Of a stretch of 64,000 nt of DNA, positions 30,224-40,692 are shown piece by piece. Below the pieces are notes generated by a model. The model was not told the origin of the DNA, searched no databases, and worked only from the letters and a program-made list of their open reading frames with translations. Where the stretch lies: the IMG/VR virus record IMGVR_UViG_3300042356_001097; one strand, given 5' to 3'. Source of the DNA: an uncultured virus (IMG/VR IMGVR_UViG_3300042356_001097). Its lineage: Duplodnaviria; Heunggongvirae; Uroviricota; Caudoviricetes. Made by a program: the position numbers and the translations under genes. The first letter of the stretch is position 1; each line of letters opens with the position of its first letter.

Positions 30224-30641
30224 TTACCTGGTTCTCCGATCTTTTAACGGTTGTATTGTAACCAATAATTCCGCCCATCGGTTCTGTAATTGGAGTAACT
30301 CCCATTACTTCAAATACTGTTGGCGTGTTGCTTGGAAAGTTAATCTCTTCCCAAATAACAGTTCCGTCTAAATTTCTAATGTTTGTAACCTTTTCGTTAA
30401 ATACTAACTTGGATGTAGTTCTTATTTGAATCATCTGCTCATTAACATATTTGTTTGAAAAGGTCTGCTTGTCTCCAGATCTATTGGCTGTAGAATTACT
30501 AATAGTTCCTTTTGCACTGCATGCAATAGTTCTATTAAATTGCCACTCTTTCTTTAAAGATCCAGTCGCTGGGTCCTGTGTTTCAAATTGCCTATATATA
30601 TCAATAAGCATTGGAAGAACGGAGTCGACAAGATCATACAT
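30213..30641 (-). CDS. head-to-tail stopper (putative)
   Basis: DPATGSLKKEW, FEV.G..P; synteny. Confidence 0.6.
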   Translation of the reverse strand: MYDLVDSVLPMLIDIYRQFETQDPATGSLKKEWQFNRTIACSAKGTISNSTANRSGDKQTFSNKYVNEQMIQIRTTSKLVFNEKVTNIRNLDGTVIWEEINFPSNTPTVFEVMGVTPITEPMGGIIGYNTTVKRSENQVIGQ

Positions 30642-31627
30642 TAGATAAGGACCATTTGAGATATAACATGTGGAGCAAGCAATTGATCTGCATATAGATT
30701 ACCTGTTCCTGTTGACGCTGATCTGTTATATTCAAAACTCCAGTCAAATGTCTTAATAGACTTAATGTACTTGTTTCTCCAGACCTTGTCCTTTGAGAAA
30801 TAGTCTTTCATTAGTTCAACTGTTGCCATCTGTACTTGAGCAGGAACTAGGTCCCATCCAAATTCGCCAACAATCTTGTACTTAACATTCTTAGAAAAGA
30901 CTCCATTGTATGTGTCATTAATTGTTGGAGGAACTAGACCGTTTGCGACATATACTGAATTGTCTAAAAGGTTTACTCTATTAACTCTTATTCCAAAACC
31001 TGTCTCTGAAACGATTGGGTCATATAGCCAGTTATTTACCTTTGGAGTAGATAGATTATCCACTAACAAGATATCATTAGAATAGATTTGATAAATCCGA
31101 TTTAACTTAGATGATAATGGAAGGGTATCTGATTCGTCTCCGTAGATAATCTTAGTATCTGGATATAAGTAGAACTCTTGTCCTGTGTAGTCTTCAACTA
31201 TCTTTCTTGCATATCGTTCAGCCATCTGAAGATCTGCGTATGTCTTATAGTTAGGATCACTTGGATCCGACCCAAAGTTCAATTCATCTATTTGCTCATT
31301 GATAGAAATATATGGAGTTACAACATTTACATAAGTTGTATGAGTTCCTATCTTTGATGGAGCTATGGTGTATTCCCAGACAAGTTTTAGTTTTCTGGGA
31401 TACCCTGAATAAGAAAATGGAAGCACGACTTGATATGTGCCGACATCTGTTTCAACAGCTGTTCCAGTTAAGGTAAGTAATAAATTGGTAGAAGATATAA
31501 CGTTGGCAGGGTTTTGAGTAATGTCATAAACCTTTGCGGTTACGTTGCCTGTAGGTGATGCTAATTCACCCTCCCAGTAGATCTTCGTTCTGATTGGTGA
31601 ATTGCTGTTTACATATATCTCTGCCAT
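30641..31627 (-). CDS. head-to-tail adaptor
   Basis: ARKIVEDYTGQEF, G.FGW..VP..VQ.A, TGNLYADQLL. Confidence 0.75.
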   Translation of the reverse strand: MAEIYVNSNSPIRTKIYWEGELASPTGNVTAKVYDITQNPANVISSTNLLLTLTGTAVETDVGTYQVVLPFSYSGYPRKLKLVWEYTIAPSKIGTHTTYVNVVTPYISINEQIDELNFGSDPSDPNYKTYADLQMAERYARKIVEDYTGQEFYLYPDTKIIYGDESDTLPLSSKLNRIYQIYSNDILLVDNLSTPKVNNWLYDPIVSETGFGIRVNRVNLLDNSVYVANGLVPPTINDTYNGVFSKNVKYKIVGEFGWDLVPAQVQMATVELMKDYFSKDKVWRNKYIKSIKTFDWSFEYNRSASTGTGNLYADQLLAPHVISQMVLI

Positions 31628-31641
31628 TTTATAAGCTTAGA

Positions 31642-32049
31642 TTAGTTGTAATACTCCTGAACTTCCTTTGGAGTTGCTAATCTAAAGCCCTCCTCCTTAT
31701 CAAAAATTTCTTGAGCATTTTCTTCTGTCATTGCAATAAAAGGGTGCTCTTTTGTAAATGTAAATCCAATGATATCGTATCTGAAGTTTTCTCTAGTCAT
31801 TCTAACTAGAACTGTATCTTCTGGCTGAGCATCTAGGTTAAATCTAGGAAGAATCTCTTCTGCGTCTTCGTTAAATTCATCTGTTGCGTCTTCCATATCT
31901 TTAATAGTTTTTTGATAAACAGACCAAGTGACTCCCTCTTCCGCAAGGGCGGCTACGATATCTGTCTTACTTTTAATACCATCAGTATCAACTGCAAAGT
32001 CCTCTGCAATTTTTCTGAGTTCTGCGACCTTCAATGTCTCAAATGACAT
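31642..32049 (-). CDS. protein after capsid with N-terminal HeH/Rho-N-like motif
   Basis: LKVAELRKIA...KTDIVAAL; likely start MSFETLK at 32049 (AAGGAG RBS; TGCTATAAT at 32076-32084). Confidence 0.6.
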   Translation of the reverse strand: MSFETLKVAELRKIAEDFAVDTDGIKSKTDIVAALAEEGVTWSVYQKTIKDMEDATDEFNEDAEEILPRFNLDAQPEDTVLVRMTRENFRYDIIGFTFTKEHPFIAMTEENAQEIFDKEEGFRLATPKEVQEYYN

Positions 32050-32100
32050 ATATTTCTCCTTTGTTAGGTTCTTCAATTATAGCATTGATAAATTAAAATG

Positions 32101-32130
32101 AAAAGCCCCTAAAATTAATTAGGGGCCTTT
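32101..32130 (-). terminator. terminator after the major capsid gene
   Basis: Minus strand AAAGGCCCCTAA-loop-TTAGGGGCTTTT. Confidence 0.75.
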
Positions 32131-32152
32131 CGAGGGTTTTATCTTAAATTAA

Positions 32153-33202
32153 TTAAGAAGCAACCTTAACGTTCTTTACAACTACCCAAGCGTCTGCCTG
32201 CTCGATTTGAACGCCAACACGAGTATACATTGTGTACTCAATTGTGTCCTTACGTGGCTGGAAGAAACGGTAAACGGTTACATCACGCTTGATACCAATA
32301 ACTACGTTATTTGGGAATGTCAAGTGGATATCTCCATGTGAACCTGTTGGTGTTGCGTATGTACCAGTCTGTGTCTCATTAAGTAGTGGAACTTCAACAA
32401 TCGGAATACCGAATGCGAATGGTGCCACATATCCTGCTGGTCCACCTAGTGGTGCAACTCCACCACGGATTACGCTTGAAGCGATATCTTGTGGAATTGT
32501 TTGGTTTGTTCCAATGCTGTTAGCATATAGGAAATCCTGAATCAAGTTTGATCCAGCAAGGAAGCGAAGGTCTCCACGACGTTGCTTGTACTTACGTGGC
32601 ATAGCCTTAAGTGCCTTGTTGAATACTTCACGTGATACTGCGGCTCCTGCTGCGTCTACGACACGGCCATTTGCCTTTGCCTTCTTTACAACGCCATCGA
32701 ATGACTTGTAAAGAGCGTCTCCTGTTAGAGATGTGTCACCGTTAAGAAGAACATCTTCGATGTCATTTCCTGCTTGTGTCGCCATCAAACGTGCAATGTG
32801 ATCTTCTAGATCTGCACCTTCGATGTTATCTTCTAGAGACTCTGTTGAAAGCTCCCAGTCCATGCGGAGTTTCTTTGTTGTTAAAGAGATTTTTGAGAAA
32901 GTTACACCACTGTTTATTGCGGTGTTGTCTGCCTCTGATGCAAGCTTCATAAGCTTCTCACCAACGGACATACGGTCAATCTCGGCTGTGTCTGACTTCA
33001 TACGAACTGTACGTGCGACCTTACCGATAACGGTTGCGTCGAACATATAATCAAGGAAGCGAGCAGACTGTTCTGGGTTAAGAAGTCCACCGTTGCCTAG
33101 TTCAGACCCTACGTGTACTCCTGTTCCACCAGTTGTTGAACCGAATCCTGTTGATACCTGAGTACCAGCTGCTACGGCCTTTTCTAATGTTTCATTGCTC
33201 AT
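32153..33202 (-). CDS. major capsid protein (HK97 fold)
   Basis: GGLLNPEQ..F, LEDNIE, NGD, FGIPIVEVP; follows protease/scaffold. Confidence 0.93.
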   Translation of the reverse strand: MSNETLEKAVAAGTQVSTGFGSTTGGTGVHVGSELGNGGLLNPEQSARFLDYMFDATVIGKVARTVRMKSDTAEIDRMSVGEKLMKLASEADNTAINSGVTFSKISLTTKKLRMDWELSTESLEDNIEGADLEDHIARLMATQAGNDIEDVLLNGDTSLTGDALYKSFDGVVKKAKANGRVVDAAGAAVSREVFNKALKAMPRKYKQRRGDLRFLAGSNLIQDFLYANSIGTNQTIPQDIASSVIRGGVAPLGGPAGYVAPFAFGIPIVEVPLLNETQTGTYATPTGSHGDIHLTFPNNVVIGIKRDVTVYRFFQPRKDTIEYTMYTRVGVQIEQADAWVVVKNVKVAS

Positions 33203-33215
33203 TTTTATACCTACC

Positions 33216-33779
33216 TTAGTTGAATATTTCGTTTACGGAACCGAGGAAAGAACCGTTCCATTTAGATTTTTTGATTGTTGTTGCTTCTTCAAATCGGCCA
33301 AGATCTGAAGACTTCTTAATTGCAGTCTCTGATTCTACTGCGTCGACACGCTTTTGTACACCATCAATCGTGCTCTTGATGTTATTTACAGCGCTTGAAA
33401 GTGCTGTGTGTTGTTCTGCCAACTCTGAAATTCTAGCATCTACGCTCTTGCTGAAAGCTTCAACAGTCGATTGGATTGTTGTTACTTGTGCTGCATTTGC
33501 TTCAGATGCCTTGTTTAGAGTTTCTGAGAAAAAGCCTTTTAGATCGCCTAACATCTTCGCAAAATCAGGTTCATCAACCTTATCTTCTGATACTTCGGCT
33601 GCTTTTTCCAGAGTCTCGGCAGGAACGTCTTCTGCTACTGCTTCTGCAGGAGCTTCAGCTGGAGCTGCATCATCTGCAACTACTGCTGTATCTTCAACGG
33701 CTGTTTCTTCTGCTACTGCTTCGGCTGGTGCCTCTGCTGCAACATCTTCGACAACTACGTTTTCTGTATTATCTGACAT
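33216..33779 (-). CDS. nested in-frame scaffolding protein (187 aa)
   Basis: AAGGAGGT SD at 33786-33793, 6 nt before the internal ATG (MSDNTE). Confidence 0.6.
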   Translation of the reverse strand: MSDNTENVVVEDVAAEAPAEAVAEETAVEDTAVVADDAAPAEAPAEAVAEDVPAETLEKAAEVSEDKVDEPDFAKMLGDLKGFFSETLNKASEANAAQVTTIQSTVEAFSKSVDARISELAEQHTALSSAVNNIKSTIDGVQKRVDAVESETAIKKSSDLGRFEEATTIKKSKWNGSFLGSVNEIFN

Positions 33780-34568
33780 TTCATTACCTCCTTCTGCGTT
33801 TGCCTGTTTTGCAATTGTTTGTGTTTCAGGCAACGTAAATCTTGAATGCTTATATGCATCAAGAATCTTGTCTATCTCTTTTGCTTTATTAACGTCTGAG
33901 CTTTCAACCCATCCTATTAATTCCGCTGGCTTTCCAGATACTGGAGAGTCGTATGTTTTATCTGTTGAGATAAAAACAGAATCACTGTCTTCACAGTAAA
34001 ATATGTTTTCAGTTACTACGCCTACTGCAATTCCCTTAGCAATGTATTGTCCATTTACTTTCTGAATAGAAAGAATGTTACAAAGTTCATTTGCTGGTGA
34101 ATCAACAATAGAAAGCTCAATTAGTTCATAGTTCTTAATAAATCTTACGGTCTTACCATTCGCCTTGTTTACTTCGTTATCTGATTCAAGAATCTTTCCG
34201 CCGATTGAAAATCCAGATAGTGTTCCGTCTAGAACCTTCTCCCAAGTATCTTGAGCACCCTTTGAAATGTATGCATCAACATATACTCCATTGAAGAACT
34301 CTTTTGACTTTGGGTCGTAGAAAGTTTCTGGCTTAAAAGAAACCATCTTTCCTACTGCATTTGATCCATGCATCTCACGAATGTTTCCACGGAAATTTTC
34401 GAATGCCTTGAGGCTTGATTCCGCTGTTACAACATCTCCAGTTTGATCGATATTGTCTAGCGTAGCGAATCCAGAAACAGTTCTTTTTTCACGGTTAACC
34501 TTAGTAAAAGGCACCGACAGATTAATAACGTTGCCGTCACTGGTCCATAAAGACTTTTCAATGTTCAT
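33216..34568 (-). CDS. prohead protease fused to scaffold domain
   Basis: GFAT..NID..GD, REMH, GFSIGG, ELSIVDSPAN; acidic Ala/Glu linker and coiled-coil C-terminus. Confidence 0.88.
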   Translation of the reverse strand: MNIEKSLWTSDGNVINLSVPFTKVNREKRTVSGFATLDNIDQTGDVVTAESSLKAFENFRGNIREMHGSNAVGKMVSFKPETFYDPKSKEFFNGVYVDAYISKGAQDTWEKVLDGTLSGFSIGGKILESDNEVNKANGKTVRFIKNYELIELSIVDSPANELCNILSIQKVNGQYIAKGIAVGVVTENIFYCEDSDSVFISTDKTYDSPVSGKPAELIGWVESSDVNKAKEIDKILDAYKHSRFTLPETQTIAKQANAEGGNEMSDNTENVVVEDVAAEAPAEAVAEETAVEDTAVVADDAAPAEAPAEAVAEDVPAETLEKAAEVSEDKVDEPDFAKMLGDLKGFFSETLNKASEANAAQVTTIQSTVEAFSKSVDARISELAEQHTALSSAVNNIKSTIDGVQKRVDAVESETAIKKSSDLGRFEEATTIKKSKWNGSFLGSVNEIFN

Positions 34569-34604
34569 ATGCTTAATTTTATAGTGTTATAGACTATAAA
34601 GCAA
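34569..34604 (-). promoter_or_regulatory. promoter for protease/capsid, leaderless
   Basis: TTGCTT-17-TAAAAT, then 7 nt to the ATG; no SD. Confidence 0.6.
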
Positions 34605-34621
34605 ATAACAGTTGAGTGGAC

Positions 34622-36205
34622 TTAGTCGACCTGTCTTCCGTCGCCTTTGGCATTTCGTCCTTCTCCGACTTTATCAGAAGAACCTGCAGACCTTTCGGAA
34701 TCTCGGGCCCTGGTTTTCCCAGCGGTTGCCCTTTGGTCAGCGGCTTGCTGTGGCTTTAAATCAACCATTTCATCTCCGCCATCTACAGGGATCATACCCT
34801 TTCTAATTCTAACTTCGTTTGGAGTAATTACCTGCATTCTTAAATATCTTTCATCTATTTGAGATTGGGTATCCTCATCCGTTAAAGTTAATTCATTAAA
34901 CTTTAAAGTTAGGGCATCTGTCTTTTCGTCAAATATTGCATTAATTTTTTTCTCTAATATCATTTGAGCTGGTCGGCAAACCTGCTCTTTAAATGTTTTA
35001 TCGGCATCTCGGGCTACCGCTAAATTAACTCCCTCTGGGGTTCCTATTTTATTAATTGGAACACGGTGGGCCAATAGGATTTCGTCTCTATTTGATTTAC
35101 GATATTTCTCAAATGAGCCTTCCTGATTTCCTGCTTCAATAGGCTCCATTTTAAATTCAACCTTTGAGTCTGGGCTATCTGCTGGAAGTGGAACATATAG
35201 AGATCTGTGATTCTTCCCCTTTAATCCTACTTGAAAAAATTCAAGCAATTTACGCTCTGACTCTGGAGAAAGCTTTGCTCCCTTTACTGTAATGATATAT
35301 CTTGGGACCGCCTTGTTTTCAAAGTAGTCTAGGTTATAACGGCCAGATAATTCATTTCCAGCAAGGGCTACCTGTGCTGCAATAATATCTGGAATACCGT
35401 AGTAGTTGTTCATTGGTGTATATTTCTTTAAATGAATAATTTCATTTGGGCGATCTTCTTGACCAGCGATTGGGTTCTCTACTTCATTGTCTCCGAAGTT
35501 ACTAAAGTATACTGCCTTGCCGTATAGTAGTTGAACAAAGCCATCTCTTAGTCTACGAACACGCATTGTCTTTGCTGGGATATGACCGATATACCCTATG
35601 TCTCCGCCTGTTGTTCTTCCTATTTCAATATAGCCATTTCCTGTTGCTTCTAGGTCTGTATAAACCTTAATCAGGGTCTGGGTAAATGTATCTTCATCGT
35701 TGGTTGTATCTAGCCAAGCGTGTACATCTTGGCGTAGCTTGTTTAACTTTCTACGGGCTCTTTCTAATTGCTTATCATCTGTAATAGAGTCAAAGGCATC
35801 GTTTGTTTTCTTTGTCTCAACAAAGTCATATCCTAGGCCAACAATGTTGGCAACCTTTGCATTAATTGCTGCATAGTTATATGTTGAAATTTCATATATC
35901 TTTGAAAGGTATTCTTGATTGTATGGAGGCTCAATAAGATCGAACATTGCATAGCCAGTTATGGCTTGTGCAAGTAGATTTTGTTGTGTTCCTGTTTCAT
36001 CTATGCCAGTAAAAGACTTTGAGAATTCTCTATTAATTCTGCGCTTAAATGATGAGCCTAAGCCTCTAAACTTCTTTAGGTCTTCTAGGCCTACTGCAAA
36101 TGGGTCATTATTCTTTTCGTCTTTTTTAAAAGAAAACCAATCTGCTGTATTTGATATGTCGATAATGTTTTCTGAGTTATCTTCACCAAGAAATTCTACT
36201 GTCAT
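34622..36205 (-). CDS. portal protein
   Basis: DLEATGNGYIE, YYGIPD, YFENKAVP, ITPNEVR. Confidence 0.92.
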   Translation of the reverse strand: MTVEFLGEDNSENIIDISNTADWFSFKKDEKNNDPFAVGLEDLKKFRGLGSSFKRRINREFSKSFTGIDETGTQQNLLAQAITGYAMFDLIEPPYNQEYLSKIYEISTYNYAAINAKVANIVGLGYDFVETKKTNDAFDSITDDKQLERARRKLNKLRQDVHAWLDTTNDEDTFTQTLIKVYTDLEATGNGYIEIGRTTGGDIGYIGHIPAKTMRVRRLRDGFVQLLYGKAVYFSNFGDNEVENPIAGQEDRPNEIIHLKKYTPMNNYYGIPDIIAAQVALAGNELSGRYNLDYFENKAVPRYIITVKGAKLSPESERKLLEFFQVGLKGKNHRSLYVPLPADSPDSKVEFKMEPIEAGNQEGSFEKYRKSNRDEILLAHRVPINKIGTPEGVNLAVARDADKTFKEQVCRPAQMILEKKINAIFDEKTDALTLKFNELTLTDEDTQSQIDERYLRMQVITPNEVRIRKGMIPVDGGDEMVDLKPQQAADQRATAGKTRARDSERSAGSSDKVGEGRNAKGDGRQVD

Positions 36206-36543
36206 CTTAAACCACCTAGTTTCTTCATTTCGTCTTTATAGTTTCCTATATCGTATGGATCTGGAACTAATCCCCAGTCGAGTCTTTGCTTTTGATGCTG
36301 GAACTCTTCATCGTCAATCTTCCTTCTAGCGGAAAGAAATTTAGGCCCGCCTTCGTATACGCCGAACGAGCGAACTTCTCTAGCCAAAGCATCGATGTTG
36401 GATCTATTACCTTTTTTGGACGTGATCGAAAGAAAGTTCCCATCATCGTCTCCAATCCATCTGCCATCTGGCATTTCCCAGACATATATGCCCAGAATCG
36501 ATTCTTCTTCATTAATGTTATATCTAGCTTTGCTCATATCCAT
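36202..36543 (-). CDS. hypothetical protein upstream of portal
   Basis: GIYVWEMPDG..IGDDDGNFL, GLVPDPYD; TAGACT-17-TATGAT promoter at 36552-36580 favours a start at 36543 (track 36549). Confidence 0.7.
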   Translation of the reverse strand: MDMSKARYNINEEESILGIYVWEMPDGRWIGDDDGNFLSITSKKGNRSNIDALAREVRSFGVYEGGPKFLSARRKIDDEEFQHQKQRLDWGLVPDPYDIGNYKDEMKKLGGLR

Positions 36544-36605
36544 AGACATAAATCATACCATTATTTCGTGCTAAAGTCTAGAGTTTGTACATCAGATGGA
36601 CAAAA

Positions 36606-38411
36606 CTATATGGTAACTGACTCTGGCTCTACCACGGTTATAAAGAATGGGGTCGAATCGTCACCTAAAGATGACTCTACTATAGAAAAGGATGTGTCAT
36701 TTATTTGATTAATTGTATTCCCAGTATATAGCAGGTAATGGTTTAATATCCGATTTACGGACAAGGTGCTCTCATATACGGCTACATTGTTATACATATG
36801 GCCCAGCCCAGACTTGGAGTCATTCTGATTTTGATTAAATTTTATGTTGGTGTCTGTTGATGTTAGATTTATTACAATATGGTGTGGGGTATCTACTACT
36901 AGGAAGTTCCAGACATTTGTATCCGCCGTCCTATCTATGCCATTGACATAAATTGAGGAGATCCCTGTCTTTGTTATTAGCCCCGTATTATCCCACTCGT
37001 ACTTTTTAGTAGCTCCTGAAAATAAGACATTCTGATTATACTGTGGGGTGTATATCATCTCTATGCAAGAAACGGCGGGAATAGAATTCAATGAGAATCC
37101 ATGTCCGTCATACATAACAAGCCCATTGTATTTATTATAAGAAAGGGTCTTGCTATTAACCTTGGGTAGAGAGTAGTCATATGCAGAGGATACATAATAT
37201 CCCGAGTTGTCGCTATAAAAGTTCTTTCCAGTATAGAAGGCTATTTCTAGGGATCTAAGAATTGGAAGATATTTACTTGTATCTGCAGAGGATAGAGTTA
37301 TCCTTAAATAAACTATCTCTGAAAATTGATTATCGTTCTTATTGATATAAGGAAGAGGACTTCCATTCTTGCATGTCCGCCAAGTAATATTATCGATGCT
37401 GGCCTCTACAAGAATTCCAGTTACATCATTGCTCCAGTGGATCTGGGATGTATCGATATTTAAATAGCTTGGGACAATGAAGTAGTCAGTAAATGTAAAT
37501 GATGCCGTTGCTGAAGTTTCTGTTTCTGGTATATAGATAAATGAATTGTCATCAGATATTGAGATTCCTCCCGTTGCCACCTCGTACCATGTCTTTGATG
37601 TTGGGTATGAGTATATAAACTTAGGTCTAATTGATTCCGTGTTCATGCTAAATAGGTACCCATTATCTGCTGCCACAATTTGAGATATATTTACTTCTTG
37701 AGTTCCCTCAGAGTAATGATTTAATATCTGAGTTCCAGATAGTGCATATCTATAAAATGCAACACAGTCTACTACAACTCTTCCAGATGCTGGTCCACTT
37801 TGAAAAGCAACTAACTCATTAGAAAACTTATATGAGTCTATCTCTAATGCATCAGCAATTAATCCGTTTATATATAGCGACAAAATATTGCTTTGAAATA
37901 TGGCAACTATATATACTACTTCAGAATTTGATACTGTAGCCTGAACTTGATTAGCCCCGACTTTAAATATAATATTACCATTCTGATAAAATATTCCAAT
38001 GTTATTAGTGACATCTCCAACTATTGTTGTGCTTGTGCTATAACCTGGAAGTGCACACCATGCCTCTATAGAAAAAGAATTATCTTTATAGTATTTTGTT
38101 GCAATTCCTTTAGGGCTATAATTAATTACTGTTGATGTCAAAAGCTCAGTTCCTCTTACGGATCCTGTCACTAAAGGCATTATCTCTTTTGTGGATGCAA
38201 AGGAAGCGGTACCATTATTTAAACTACCTGAGTAGTCATATATCTCTAGACCGCTTATTTGTCCGTATGTGATACCGCTATCTTTTAAAGCCTGGTATGT
38301 TGCATATTGAGATAACAGCTCGGTGTATGTGTCAGTAGCACCTGACTGCACTTCATCTAATAAATAAAATGAGTTTGGAAAGTCGTTTAAGACTCTATTT
38401 TTATATGACAT
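36606..38411 (-). CDS. virion protein with LamG/ConA-like domains
   Basis: YLLDE, DYSG, SFSIEAW, LYING, VAFYRYALS..QILNHY. Confidence 0.7.
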   Translation of the reverse strand: MSYKNRVLNDFPNSFYLLDEVQSGATDTYTELLSQYATYQALKDSGITYGQISGLEIYDYSGSLNNGTASFASTKEIMPLVTGSVRGTELLTSTVINYSPKGIATKYYKDNSFSIEAWCALPGYSTSTTIVGDVTNNIGIFYQNGNIIFKVGANQVQATVSNSEVVYIVAIFQSNILSLYINGLIADALEIDSYKFSNELVAFQSGPASGRVVVDCVAFYRYALSGTQILNHYSEGTQEVNISQIVAADNGYLFSMNTESIRPKFIYSYPTSKTWYEVATGGISISDDNSFIYIPETETSATASFTFTDYFIVPSYLNIDTSQIHWSNDVTGILVEASIDNITWRTCKNGSPLPYINKNDNQFSEIVYLRITLSSADTSKYLPILRSLEIAFYTGKNFYSDNSGYYVSSAYDYSLPKVNSKTLSYNKYNGLVMYDGHGFSLNSIPAVSCIEMIYTPQYNQNVLFSGATKKYEWDNTGLITKTGISSIYVNGIDRTADTNVWNFLVVDTPHHIVINLTSTDTNIKFNQNQNDSKSGLGHMYNNVAVYESTLSVNRILNHYLLYTGNTINQINDTSFSIVESSLGDDSTPFFITVVEPESVTI

Positions 38412-38429
38412 TCCATCCTCCTCTTTTAA

Positions 38430-38627
38430 TTAAAGTGCTGCTATTTGTGTTTGCTTTTCAGCAATTAATGTAGTTAAAGTTGAAACAGCTGTTTCATCTG
38501 GGTCTGACTTTGCATTTTCTGCGATAAGTCTTACTTCAAGTGTATACATCTGATACTCTAGATTTCTAATTTCTGCTTGAGCAATTGCTGCTTTCTCATC
38601 ATTTGTTAGAACTGTATATGTTGGCAT
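38430..38627 (-). CDS. small helical protein
   Basis: LTNDEK..I; GGAG RBS; resembles the upstream neighbour. Confidence 0.65.
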   Translation of the reverse strand: MPTYTVLTNDEKAAIAQAEIRNLEYQMYTLEVRLIAENAKSDPDETAVSTLTTLIAEKQTQIAAL

Positions 38628-38628
38628 T

Positions 38629-38829
38629 TTATTCTCCTTCTTCTATTTTTATTCTTTCAGACTCAATGGCTTGAATCTTTTGATCTATTGACTCTATGCT
38701 GAGGTTTATTTCAGCAAGCTCCTCCTGAGTTAAGTCAGGAGTAATCCTATCATTCAACATAATTCTTTCAGCACCTTTTGATTTTAGGTAACCATCTATA
38801 ATAAAAATCTTTTCTTCTTTAGATATCAT
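38629..38829 (-). CDS. small helical protein
   Basis: Likely start MISKEEK at 38829. Confidence 0.6.
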   Translation of the reverse strand: MISKEEKIFIIDGYLKSKGAERIMLNDRITPDLTQEELAEINLSIESIDQKIQAIESERIKIEEGE

Positions 38830-38839
38830 ATCATATTCC

Positions 38840-40684
38840 TTAGAGTGACCATGGTGACCACGGTCCATCGACAAACGCATTAGTAACTGTGTTATATCCG
38901 TATATCCTAAATCTTAAATATCTAGGGCTTGAGGTTGCAGGAATATCTCCAGCATGAGTACCAACAATATAGTTCCAAACTGATCCCAGTCCTGAAGTAG
39001 AGATATAGCTGGTATTATAACTTTTTGTATTTCCAGATGAGATGTTGCCAGTAGACGCATTGTTTCCAACTTCCCATTCTATTCCATAAGGATCGAATGG
39101 ACCTGAAAATGATGGGTTGTCCATTCCCCATTTAACTGTTGTTCCGCTTCGATAAAATGTTGGCCTTGTTGGTGTCCCAAAGTTTATTGTTGGTGATTGA
39201 GTAGTCGTTGCAGATGTAGAGCCAGGGGAACCAAACCCGTATATATTCTTGTAAGCAGTTACTGTTGCGTAATATGTAGTTGATGCAGACAGCCCAGTAA
39301 CACCACGTGATGTGTCTGTAATTCCAGACGTATTTAATATATTGCTACCGCCAGGTGACGTACCTACTGAGACCGCATAAGAATCAGCGCCAGCTGTTGC
39401 ACCCCAAGATATTAAAAATGAAGATGCAGTAATACTGCTTATAGATACAGAGGGAGTGCCTGGAGCGGTTACAGGAACTGTGCCTGATGCCTTATACCCT
39501 CCATACGGTGTCCAAACATTGTTGTCTCCAGATGCTGATATATAAAAATAATAAGTATTTCCTTCTCCATATGATCCATTGTAGCTGGCAGAAGTTCCTG
39601 TCCATTCTGGGGCATCGTAAGATACGGCTGGATCTAAAGATATGCTAGATCCTTGTGCCCAATATACTCTGTACTTAGTTGCATTTGTTGCTCCGCTCCA
39701 AGATACGGATAGGTTAGTGCTAGATACGCTGGCGTTAGCAGATGTAGGAGAAGTTGCATTAGGTTGGACAAGATTTCCTGATCCTGTTCCATAATCGCTT
39801 CGTGTTGCTGGTGCTGCTATAGTTGATGTTACTGATGCTCCGTAGCCTTGAACATTTCCTGATGATCTAGGATATATGGTAAAGTTTCTGGCATTGTCGT
39901 CAGGTGGAGTATATGGATAGGTTGTTGTGTTACCCACATTTCCAAAAAACCCTCCGTTAACGTAAAGATCATAAGATGTTGCCCCAGTTGCTGCTGTCCA
40001 ACTTAAAGAAATCCTCCTATTTGTATTTACCGCTCTTACTGAAAATGATGCATTTCCTGCAGTTCCAGTTCCACTAAATATTCTGTTTCCTAAATCTACT
40101 GAAGGTGATCCTGCGGTTCCTCCAGACGTGGTTTCATAGGTAGTTGCATTTGGTACAAGGTTCCAAGATCCGCTATAGCTTAAGCCATTTGGATTAAATG
40201 AAACTGTTGGAGAACCTACTGTTAGTGTCGTATTTGATCCAGTTAAAGATGAGACATGTGTTAGCATTTGAAGCCCTGTAGTTGCTGAAGATGGAGTACT
40301 TCCTCTAAAATTAGTTGCTGTTACTCTACAACCTATTACTTTGTCAGCATCGGCTGCACCTGTAGTATAAGTATTATTTGTTTGACCAGCTACATCTGAA
40401 CCATCTCTTGTCCATTGATACGAATAAGAAGTGGGAATATATGCATCATTTGAATTCCATGAACCTACCGATGCAATATATACACAACCAATTCTTCCTG
40501 CAGTTCCAGATAGTGTGGATATAGATGCTCCAGATACATTTTGAGGAGACTCTGGATAATTTATTAACCAGCTCGTTCCGTTAAAAATCCATGCTTGTTT
40601 TGCGGTTGACCAAGACAAACCATTATAAATCTTTAATGATTTTTGTGTTTGCCATGTTGTTCCATCATATGCTTTTATAGTCAT
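38840..40684 (-). CDS. Ig-like/FN3-repeat fibre-associated protein
   Basis: N-terminal (Y/F)xGxxW repeats; SYSYQW; several SW..ATGA..Y FN3 units. Confidence 0.75.
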   Translation of the reverse strand: MTIKAYDGTTWQTQKSLKIYNGLSWSTAKQAWIFNGTSWLINYPESPQNVSGASISTLSGTAGRIGCVYIASVGSWNSNDAYIPTSYSYQWTRDGSDVAGQTNNTYTTGAADADKVIGCRVTATNFRGSTPSSATTGLQMLTHVSSLTGSNTTLTVGSPTVSFNPNGLSYSGSWNLVPNATTYETTSGGTAGSPSVDLGNRIFSGTGTAGNASFSVRAVNTNRRISLSWTAATGATSYDLYVNGGFFGNVGNTTTYPYTPPDDNARNFTIYPRSSGNVQGYGASVTSTIAAPATRSDYGTGSGNLVQPNATSPTSANASVSSTNLSVSWSGATNATKYRVYWAQGSSISLDPAVSYDAPEWTGTSASYNGSYGEGNTYYFYISASGDNNVWTPYGGYKASGTVPVTAPGTPSVSISSITASSFLISWGATAGADSYAVSVGTSPGGSNILNTSGITDTSRGVTGLSASTTYYATVTAYKNIYGFGSPGSTSATTTQSPTINFGTPTRPTFYRSGTTVKWGMDNPSFSGPFDPYGIEWEVGNNASTGNISSGNTKSYNTSYISTSGLGSVWNYIVGTHAGDIPATSSPRYLRFRIYGYNTVTNAFVDGPWSPWSL

Positions 40685-40692
40685 ATGCTATC

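Noticed and set aside
33220..33999. 259-aa plus-strand ORF
   Set aside because: Antisense shadow of the low-complexity Ala/Glu scaffold region.
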